A DNA stretch of 63,913 nucleotides, filler included, from Collodictyon triciliatum (lineage: Eukaryota), in assembly GCA_043381765.1 (NCBI GenBank). It is 4 parts of 4 records of this genome, joined end to end, with 100 filler letters (N's around TTAATTAATTAA, not from the genome) between each part and the next. Parts side by side here need not be neighbours in the genome. Positions count along the whole stretch, not along the records: positions 1 to 21,920 come from JBHJMP010001162.1; positions 22,021 to 43,923 come from JBHJMP010001163.1; 2 more parts are not named here. One strand, 5' to 3'. The notes beneath the pieces were generated by a model. That model had not been told where the DNA came from and did no database searches. It saw nothing but the letters and a program-made list of their open reading frames with translations. Of this stretch, positions 12,955 to 23,214 are shown one piece after another; the first letter of the stretch is position 1; the number at the start of each line of letters is the position of its first letter. A program made the position numbers and the translations under genes.

Positions 12955-13930
12955 ATGAGCGCCGGAGAGAAAGGCACGAGCGTCGGCGGGATGGCGCGCT
13001 GGACTCGAGAGGAGGACGAGACACTCGGCGCCTCGGTGCGCGCACGCATGCCATGGACGGAGATATCTGTTCTTGTGTCACGCCTCAACGCCGCCTCGCC
13101 CAAGTCGCCCAAGCAGTGCTGCCAACGCTGGCAACGCGTCCTGAACCCGGCCATCCGCAAGGTACTCTATCTTCTATCTATGTAATCTATCTAATCTATC
13201 TACCATCTATCTGATCTATCTACCTATCTATCTATCTCTCTATCTTCCATCTATATCTCATCTACCTATCTCCATCCACCTGTCCTCCGTGTGTCGATGA
13301 TTGCCACGTACGCACAATCCCGGCCTAACCGTCGGTTCCATCGTTGCGCGACAGGGCCACTGGACCAAAGAGGAGGAGCGCATCCTGCAGGCGGCGGTGG
13401 CGCGTCTCGGGACCCGCGCGTGGGCGGAGGTCTCGAAGGAGATTGCCGGGCGCACGGGGCTGCAGTGCCGCACGCGGTGGATCCAGAGCCAGCAGCGGCA
13501 GCGCATCCAGCACCAGGCCAGCCTCGAACTCCGCCCGCCGGGCGCCGTGGTTGCCGCCGCGTACGGGCCGCTGGGCCAGCCGGACGGCTCCGTGGTCCGC
13601 ACACACATGGTCACGCACACCATCTCCACGCCCGCCGTGGATCTGTCTGGGAACGGCAGCGGCGGCCCGACTCGCCCCGATGGGAACCGTCGCCCGGACA
13701 TGAATATGAATGTGGATGTGGACGTGGATGTGGATGCGGACATGTGGCAGCATCTTGTGCGCGCCAGTCGCCAGATTCTGCATCCCCACGGCATCCCCAG
13801 CGACTCGGACAGCGCCACGCTTTCGCCGCCCTGTGACCGCCTTGGGCTGCAGCCGCAGAAGCAGCAGGTCCACACCCACGAGTATCCCCTCCAGAACCAC
13901 AAGCTCTCCTTCTCCTGGATACTCAATTGA
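12955..13930 (+). CDS. Two-repeat (R2R3-like) Myb/SANT DNA-binding protein, 2 exons (12955-13161, 13355-13930)
   Basis: RWTREEDETL...PWTEIS...KSPKQCCQRWQRVLNPAIRK|GHWTKEEERIL...RAWAEVSKEIAGRTGLQCRTRW shows regularly spaced Trp and the LNPxxxKGxWT linker. Confidence 0.9.
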
Positions 13931-15125
13931 GGACGGTCCACTCGCCTTGGTTTTCTGGTTCATTCCCATCCGCTGATTTTCTCCGTTCATTGGGGCTGGT
14001 CCCTTCATGCGTTTCGTTCTTTCGATCCCCTATTTTTCCCTTCTTTATTGGAGCTAACTTGATTGACCCGTCTGCCTTTTGATGTTGCTTTGTATCGCAT
14101 TTCTCTGTTCATCGTATCGGCTGCATCACCTTGAAAAGTGTTTGCTTGTCGTCCCTCCTCTATCCAATCCTTACTCATCACGTCGCCAATTCACTCCATT
14201 ATTACCATCCTGACGTCTTTCTTTTTTTTCTATACCGTATACATAGAAAACTTTTCATCATCTTTATCATGCACCTGCCTCTGACGGGACTTTAATTTTG
14301 CAGCATGTTGGTGCCCAGAACTTTTCTTTTTCTTCGGTCGCGATATGCGCCGGGTGTTCTGTCATGCACATCCATGAGTTCCCTTCTCATCAATCTTCTG
14401 TTTTCTCCGTTGCACAATTCGCCTGCCTTTCCGCGCGTAATAATAATAATAATAAAAAAAAAAGTGTTCTCCTTTTCTCCTCTTCTGCAATCTCCCTTAC
14501 CTGCTGCGTTGATCACCCCCTTGTCATAACTTTGGCGCAATGGATCAGTTCGTTGCTTTTCATGCACGCGAGAATATCCGCGGGTGGTGTGTATGCACGG
14601 ATAGAAAGGAACTGCCTAATTCATGGACTTGAGCGAACATTTTAATCTAATGCTATTAATTAATTAACCAGCGCACAATTGTACTTTCTTGTAGAATTAT
14701 GATGGCAATTACAGAAATATAATAATTGATAAATTATATTCCAGAAATAAATTCCTATTTAGGATACAGATTCCACCAAAAAGGTCGGTTTTCTTGCCAA
14801 AGAATCTAGGAACCATTGTAGAAATTAGATGCAGTTCTCGTATAGGAAAGGTACCAGAATGAGAAATGAGCAGGAATTCCAAGGGCGGAAAGGGCACGAA
14901 GAAGGAAGCCTGGAGAATCCCCCAAATCTCGCACTGGAAGCCCAAACCAGAGTCAGAAGCGCGAGTCGTGCTTTAACCTCGCTCGGCTTCTTGAAAGGTA
15001 GAGAAAGAGAAACAGATCAATGCCGTCTAGAATCATGTCTGAGGGAGCGCACCAGTCGGTAAGATTCGTCCGACTGAGAGGATAATTAGCCATCTATCTA
15101 CATAGTCCCTCCCTCCTCCCTCTCT

Positions 15126-15197
<72 letters not shown>

Positions 15198-15509
15198 ATT
15201 TTCATCACGAAAAGCCAAAGCAAAATATCTACCCTACGCACCATTTGAATATTACAATTGTCATCATTCTTTGTTTATAAAAATACCCCTTGGTTTGAAG
15301 GATAAATCAGCCGGGCAATTTCACCCCAAGCAGATAATTACCGCTGTTGTCCTTCGTCACACGAACGATTCACGCTTTTTCTTGAATCAAGTCAACTGGT
15401 GCCTCAAATGTTTGGGATTTGAAAGAAAAAATAAGATGCATGAAGGGCGCTTCCTATTTTCCGTTCCCTTAACAGACTTTTTCAAAAACACATATCTTCA
15501 TTCCTGCAG

Positions 15510-18500
15510 ATGACGAAAAAGAGCCGTGTATGCATTGTGGGTGCAGGAGCTGCAGGTAGCGCAGCCGCGTGGTCTCTCCAGCAGGCCATTTCCCGCTATA
15601 ACGTTTGTTTTAATGTAATAGTTTCAATTATATTTAGTCTCAACCACTCCCCACATTCCTCAATATTCTTTATCAAACTATAACACGCGTCTCTTTTTTT
15701 TTTTTGCTTAAATCATTCAAAGAGGTTTGAATATCAGTCGTTTTGTATTTGAATGACCTGAAGAAATTTGAGACGACAAGTTTTTTCCCCTCAGTGTTCT
15801 ATTCCATGACTATAGAGCCCTAGGTCATGCACCATCACTCTGAAAATAGTGTGTTGGTATTTATTTGAAATTACCAAAGAAAAGATGAAGTGACTTACCC
15901 ATCGGCTTGTTTCTCGTGCTTTCAGGTCGATGTATGGGAATCAAGTCCACAAGCAGGTGGCGTAGCCACCAGCGAGAATGTGGGCTCCGAGTCACAGCCG
16001 ATTCTCATCAACGATGGGGTTCAAGGAGGGTCACCTACTTACCGAAATACACTGTCTCTACTTGGAGAAATCGGCATGGCCGTGCATGATGTAGAGATGA
16101 AAATATCTTTCGGAAAGGATAGGACGAGCTGGAATAATTACGGAAAAACTCCGTTCGTAGAGTCTTTGCAGAGTGACATTGCCCGCTTTGGCACGGTAAT
16201 ACTTAGCCACGGCCACCCCTATCAACACAGCTCAATCTTCACGAACGATTTACTGCTTTTAATTCTCTTTCTCGCAGTTATTTACCGCACCATTTATTTT
16301 CACTCGACCATACTCTACCGCATTTTTCCCAAAAACATAAGCCTAGTTTAATGAAAGCCCTCTACGCGTCGGTTCTCCTTTCCTTTGCCGTTATTTCATG
16401 AATGAACGCCCATCGATTTCAAAATTTTATGGAGAAAAAAATCGTTTAATCACTACCATCTGGTCCTTATTCAGGTTTTGAAATGGGTCAGTCGCCTGGA
16501 GTATCTTTTTATTCTTGTTCCGATATCTTTCCTTCTCAGGTAAACCAGTCATTGAAGCCTTTTAAATTATTTGAATACTTTTGAATACGCCTTCTCAACT
16601 CAATTGAGTTCTCCCAAAGAAATCTTCAACCACGACATCGTCTAAATTTACTCAAGCTATGAATTATATCATTATTCTCTCCAGATATATTTTGATACAT
16701 TCCAATCATGACAAAAATAATACCCTGCGCAGGATATTAAGGTTCTCTAAGGAATTCATATACGGCATGGCTCTACCCCTGACCGCACTCTTCTTTGGAA
16801 CAGGCAACCAAACACCGTGGGTGTCTTCAGCCATATTTGCCAGAGTATTCTTGGATGACGATCTGAGGCTGTTCGATTATGATTCGTCCTTGCTTCTCAG
16901 TCAAAGCCCAAAGATGTTTACTTTTCCTCCGCTATCAAAGATATATGAGGCTGTTGTCAAGTATAGTTAACCTCAAAAATAATGATGATTCAACACTAAT
17001 TAATCCAAAAAAGGATATTGCCAACCATACTCTTAAATGATGCAACTAGTGGTCTTTTCCATAATACACAAAAACCAACAATTTATAAGGACTAAAACTG
17101 ATTTACTTATGTTTCAAAAGGTCGTGCCCAGATGTCAAATTTTACTTCAACAGAAGGGTTAAATGTGTCAAGCGAGACTCTGAAATCATCACTGTGATAG
17201 ATGAATCTGGTGTTTCAGAAACATACGACTATATTATATTTGGTTGTGATGCAGAGTCTGTTCTAAAGATATTAGGGCAGGTATGAGGCCTTTCTTTTCC
17301 CCTTCATATCGTTCACTCAGAATGTACTATCAGCCTATTGATACCGACTCTTATGAATATTTACCATGCTCTTGGCAATACGAAATGAAACTGAAATAAC
17401 TGGAAAACTCACTTCTTCAGGAGGCTTCCTTCATGGAGAAAAAAGTTTTAGGAAATGTCCAGTACTTTAATGACATCACAGTTACTCATGAGGACATGCC
17501 GTACATGCAGAAACATTACGACATAGACTTGGAGAGAAATGACCAATACTTTGTTCGGGTTTGTCCCTTTCTACCTGTGCTGACTCTCGTAATTTTAATT
17601 ACTCAGACTCAAAGGGCTTCCTTTATTTTTATTTTATCTTTATTTATTTTGTCCTTAATCCAGCCATAATCAGCCTTTGCTGCATGTAAAGGTTACAAAT
17701 TCAATGAAATTAGTCATTTGAATCACCACACCTCAAACAGGTTGACCCGGAAGACCCGAGCAAGATAGAAATGTCATTTAATCTTTCTAATTACCAAGCA
17801 GAGCTATCCTCAAGCAAGCGCAATATATTTCAGACAATATTCTTGGATGATACTTACAAATCATCCTGGACTATAGATCAGATAGACCCCAAAAAGGTTG
17901 CATTTTCTCGCTATGCTCTGCAAAGCAGAAGTTTTACAACACTCATCACTTATTCAAAAATAATACAAAATCCTGAAATTTGAAAGCCACACCATAGCAT
18001 AATATTATGGCCATATGCCATTCACTTTTCTAAGATTCGGAAACTTTAACAAAAATTGCGTTATCATAACAAGGTCTTATTCAAGAAGTGGTGGAGGCAG
18101 TTTGCTCACACATGGAAACATTATGCATTCACTGTTCCTTTCGTTCAGTTCTTGCAAGGTTTGGCTATATTGTGATTGTAAATTACTACATTATGGATGA
18201 ATTAAAATTTTAGATGTAGTGGTTGATTGTTCAATTCCATAAGCCGGTTCCTTCCTCCTCTTGCTCTTTTTTTATTTTTAATTGAGAATATAATCCAGAA
18301 GCAATGTCAATTTTTTTTCATTTCGGAATGTTTGTAAACACAAGGAATGTCACATCATGTTTAAATCTAAGCGATTCACTTTATCTTATGGATGGACCTG
18401 GTAATAGGCAAGCGAAACACCTTTTTCTGTGGCTCCTACACTCTGGTCAATACCCACGAGATTGCCATCATATCCGGGTTTGCCGCTGCGTATCGCATAG

Positions 18501-18631
18501 GCGCACCGTACCCATTCCCGCACGATAAACTTGCGGCGAAGCAGTTTGACACATATCTTCGGTATATTCACGGCACAAAGAGGACAAAGCACATGCAACC
18601 ATTCATCGTTGAACCTTTTGCATCCTCTTGA
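15510..18631 (+). CDS. FAD-dependent oxidoreductase (amine-oxidase-like fold), multi-exon, substrate unknown
   Basis: N-terminal dinucleotide-binding motif VCIVGAGAAGSAAAWSL, then VDVWES...AGGVA, INDGVQG, IIFGCDA and C-terminal FFCGSYTLVNTHEIAIISGFAAAYRIGA. Exons I traced have canonical GT-AG boundaries. Confidence 0.88.
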
Positions 18632-19409
18632 TGAGGAGCCAAATAAAAACACATCCAGGAACAAACGAAGTGGTTCTAAGCAGGCAAACAGCTGCAGATA
18701 AAAAAAACCTATTCATTGAAATCTAATAATCACCACATTTAAAACTTTATGGCGGGACTGCATAACACACCAACCCACACGATGCCACAAGTGATCTTCG
18801 CGCATTAAAACATATGCGCCACAAATATATGTTAAGTACGGTACCACAGACAAACATTCCAAAGAAATCTCCCTGTTCTGGGCAAACGACAATTTCGGTC
18901 TTCCTTCGCGAATTCTCAACCAGCGCTGGTGCAACGCGTTTCGAAACGCATTTATTTCTAACCAACTGACACGGTACTACGCGTGCGACTTGCATTTATT
19001 GTTGCGTTTTTTAGTTTTCTCGCCTCATCGACCAGCTTTTGTCTTCTTGTCATTTAACTTTTCCCGACTCTCTTTCTGCGGCTCTTGCACTGCTTGAGGT
19101 TTCGTCATCTGCGTGTCTCGCGGCGAATGAACTTGTCCTGACTCAGCGAGCCACACCTTTACTTTCATTTCTAGACCTTGTTTTTCTTTTTTTTAGATTA
19201 TTTTTTTTTTAATTTCTATTTCATGATTATTAATTCGTGACGGTCTAAACAAAATAATGGTTGCATGCAGCCGGGCGGAAGGCAGCGAAAGAAAGATTTG
19301 CCACTGAAAAGAAAAAAAAAGAGAGAGAGAGAGAAAAAAGAAACGACAAGTAATAGAAAAGAGAAAGAAGTAATCTCCTGGTCGCTGGAACTGTCTGTTG
19401 CCCAAGGAA

Positions 19410-21768
19410 ATGTCCTCTGTTCGTTCGTTCCATTCGAACATATCGACTGTTTTGCCGTACACGCCCTCTGTTGCTTCAACATCAGCAAAAGATGCACCGC
19501 AAGGAACAGAGGCGAAACGAAATGCTGACATGCACAAGTTTATGCTCTGGTTTCACAAGGTGTGGTAAACCCTTTTGCTCTATACGCATTTATTCATAAA
19601 GACATTTCAAAGAACTATTTCTTGTTTATATATGTTTGAGCAACATGATGATAGTATATGGGTTGAGATGATACATCAAAGTTTTGATATTTTCAATATC
19701 AAAAACATGACACTATTTCTTTATTAAACAGGATGAAAAGCTTGAGAAGCAATATGGGATATTTCACGCCGATAGGCAAGTGACGACTCTGCGAAAGATA
19801 TACGTCGCTCTGGTAATCAAAGCCATTCGTTTGTATGCTATCTCATCGTTTTAATTTGAAGAGAACGAGATAGCTCGTTTGATATGAAACAGCACTTTTC
19901 AATACAAAATTTTAAACCAGGAAATCATTATTGCCGTCTTTATCGCTTTCCAACTTAAAAGCGATCGATTTGATGACCTTTCCAGTGGCATTGTGTGCTC
20001 TATTTTTATCTTGATTTGTCCGCTGGTGCTATTTGCATTTTCTTATACGCGGTAATGATAAATCTGCACCTTATTTATGAGAAATCCTTTCTTTTCTTTT
20101 CTTTTCTTTTTAACCTCTTCGTTTTTCCAGATTCTTTCGCATGTGGTTCCTCCCTTTGAGTATCTGCGCATCAATTATTAGTTGCATATGCTTCATTCAC
20201 ATCACATCACTGATCAGCTCTATTCATGATGCAATGTCGGTTGTGATTTATCTCTTTTGCGCGTATAGTTTCTTACTTGGACTGACATTTCCAGCTGTGG
20301 TGACTTTTTTTTAAAAAAAATAAATAAATAAATTACATCAATGCCGAATAGATAAATACATAAATTTAAAATATGCTCATCGATTTCTTACATTCGGCCT
20401 GATACATATTCCATCGGTAGTAATCGTTTATTTATAATAACCATTCCGAATTTTGACCAACCCTTTCATCCCACTCCTGGTCTAGCTCCTTCTCCATGTT
20501 GTCATAATAGTCGCCACGATGGTTGAGTGGGACATGGTCGATTACTTTGAGAATACAGACGACTTAATTAACACATTCTTTCGTTTCTTTTGCACTTCGG
20601 TTTTGTTCTCATATGCTGCGTACAAGAATGATTACTTATTCAGGTACGTCTTCTTCAAATAGAGAGGTTTTACAAAACAGCTATTATTATTATATTGTTA
20701 TTGTTATTGTTATTGTTATTGTTATTGTTATAAGGCATGGGGAGTTTTTTTTTTTCATATTGAAGTTAGTTTTGCTGTTCTCATAACGTAGGCGAGTTTT
20801 TTTGTCTACATACCAGCTTCGAACTGACAATAGGGTTCATGATTCATTATAGTCATCCTCATCATCGTCAATGTACAAACAAAAGTATGACATAGCATAT
20901 TTCATATACAGACTAAATTAAAACTCACTATTTCACAGGAGTTGAAGCACGAAGTGGTCAGATTGAAACAGTTGGAAACAGCTAAACCCGATGATATTGA
21001 TTTGGATTCTCCGATGTACAAAGTTATCACAACTCTAAAGGATATTCGCTCAATTGGTAAATATGTTGCCATTCATTCGCCTTATTTACATGAAAATCGT
21101 CGCCATTTTACTTTGTTGCCAAGCAAATACATATTCTCATAACAAAATTTGGTGTGCAAATTTTGATATCTTATCATATGACTATATTTGAAAAGGTGTA
21201 GATGGCAATCTTAGTAAGGACGTGATATCGAAACTTGATACAGTGATCGATACACTTGTGCACAACACAGACATATTCAGTCCAAATATAGCAGCTCAGT
21301 TTTCTGACTCTAAGAATAGCAAGTTTTTATTTTCTATGCAAGGCTTTCCTTTAAAAGACAATGTACGTAAATACGAATCTAATTTCATTTATACGCTCGA
21401 TTGATATATTTTAATTTTCCCTATGCAAATACCAGAAACTGACGGTGATGTCCAAACCTGGGTTCTTACCGAACTGGCAAATAAAGATTCTCGCCAAAAC
21501 ACACCAAATAATGTAAGTCCCGAGGTATTGCATAAAAATGTTTAATTTTCATCATCATCGATTATTTTTTTAAGCCCCATTCATATGTATGCCGTTTTTT
21601 AAATAGAAATAGAAATAGATGTAACTTACCCGACGAGTTCGTATGCAAACATGTCTCAGTGCACGTAGCCCGAGCAGAATTATTGTTAATATTGCGGCAT
21701 TCACACATTTAGGATGGAATCATTATCCGCCGTCCCTCGATTCCTCCAAACTCCAAGCGCCGTCGAAG
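19410..21768 (+). CDS. Second multi-TM PDE-like protein, 5' part only (truncated by contig end; catalytic domain not in window)
   Basis: Collinear similarity to the first PDE: DMHKFMLWF vs DMYPFLMKF, a TM block, DDIDLDSPMYKVITTLKDI vs DDIGNLESPMDYATRNIRDI, and TDGDVQTWVLTEL vs MDSSTKAWLRTEF. Confidence 0.72.
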
Positions 21769-21841
21769 GTATTTTGAAATATTAAACGTTCTTGTAATAA
21801 AAAACAAAACATCCCGGGTGATAATCTGAAAGAGTGTAACC

Positions 21842-21920
<79 letters not shown>

Positions 21921-22020
21921 NNNNNNNNNNNNNNNNNNNNNNNNNNNNNNNNNNNNNNNNNNNNTTAATTAATTAANNNNNNNNNNNNNNNNNNNNNNNN
22001 NNNNNNNNNNNNNNNNNNNN
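21921..22020. other. Artificial contig spacer
   Basis: 44 N + TTAATTAATTAA (stops in all six frames) + 44 N. Confidence 0.98.
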
Positions 22021-23059
22021 TTTTTTCTTTTTTTCTTTTTTTCTTTTTTTCTTTTTTTCTTTTTTTCTTTTTTTCTTTTTTCTTTTTTTCTTTTTTCGAA
22101 GAAATAATATCTGAGAAAAAAATACCGAGCAGGAAGCACGCTGGCAAGAGAAAACGAAAAAGAAGGACATTTCGAACGGATGTCGACATCTTTCTTCCTT
22201 CCTTGCACTCTTGAATGCTACTCCAGTCGACGCTAACCAGTCGCGTGTACGCGTCTACCTCTCTGTCGGGAAGCACAATTTGCGTTCGCTGGTCTGTTCT
22301 TTGGAGTGCACTTGCGTATTGCTATTGGCAGTGGGCGACTGAAATCAGGTGCATTTAGTTGTTTTTTGTTTTTTGTTTTTTGAGGAGAGAAGAGAAGACT
22401 GGCCCTTGCATGGGATTCGCGTTTGCTCAGGCCACAACGTTGAGAGGCCTCTCCGCAGTTTTGCCGCGGTTGTGCCTGCGCGTCATCGCCCAGTCTGCGT
22501 GTGTTTTGACAGCTGCCTGATCCTGCTCGTTTGGCGCGCATATTTTGTTTTATGGATCGACGCAAAACCACAACATAATTTCCGCAAATAGAAGTACTAA
22601 GACTTTGGCACCATCCAATGAAACGCACGATTCTAGTCTCGAACACTCTAACCCGCCTCTGAACAACACAAGACTTCGCCAGCTGTTCCGCCTAGTGCGC
22701 CATACAAAGTCCAATCCCACAAGCCACACACGTGCCACCTTCCATTTCTGGATACATAAATTCATCAAAACCACACGATGAAAATGTTTGCGCGGCAGAC
22801 TACCCTTGATACAAATATATATTATTTTACTGAATATTATATATATATATCCTATAGAGAAAGATTTCTTTGAAAGAATCTTCTACCTTTTTTGCCTTCT
22901 TGTTGGCTGTGGGTGCCCGAGCCCTAAGATCCGCTTTCCACGAATCCGATCCCTCGCGATGCATCATGAACCAATACGATGTTTTCTCAGATCAAATCCG
23001 CAACACACAAATACACAGACACAAATCACAAGACACGCGGGATACTCGCTCGCTCTTTG

Positions 23060-23164
23060 AACTCAACTCAACTCAACTCAACTCAACTCAACTCAACTCA
23101 ACTCAACTCAACTCAACTCAACTCAACTCAACTCAACTCAACTCAACTCAACTCAACTCAACTC
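23060..23164. repeat. (ACTCA)n pentanucleotide microsatellite
   Basis: Perfect tandem ACTCA units just upstream of the ATG at 23215. Confidence 0.95.
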
Positions 23165-23214
23165 TCAACTTAACTCTCAACTCTGTTCTCACGCCGATCG
23201 CCGCAGGACTTTGA

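Noticed and set aside
8093-14008. Numerous long antisense and alternate-frame ORFs over the ATPase and Myb genes
   Set aside because: They are expected shadows of GC-rich codon bias and carry no recognisable motifs.
16982-17101. Intronic ATGATGA...CTGA pair suggesting a C/D snoRNA
   Set aside because: There is no convincing terminal stem or recognisable guide, and the CTGA sits where the CTRAY branch point is expected.
21965-22276. Lys/Phe/Tyr-rich and other periodic ORFs (also near 27535, 32222, 35632, 43972, 46024, 48539, 52277, 54234, 58370)
   Set aside because: These are translations of microsatellites or run into N spacers.
23060-23164. Tandem arrays as CRISPR or telomeric repeats
   Set aside because: There are no unique spacers or cas genes, the context is eukaryotic, and the units vary and are mostly internal or intronic.
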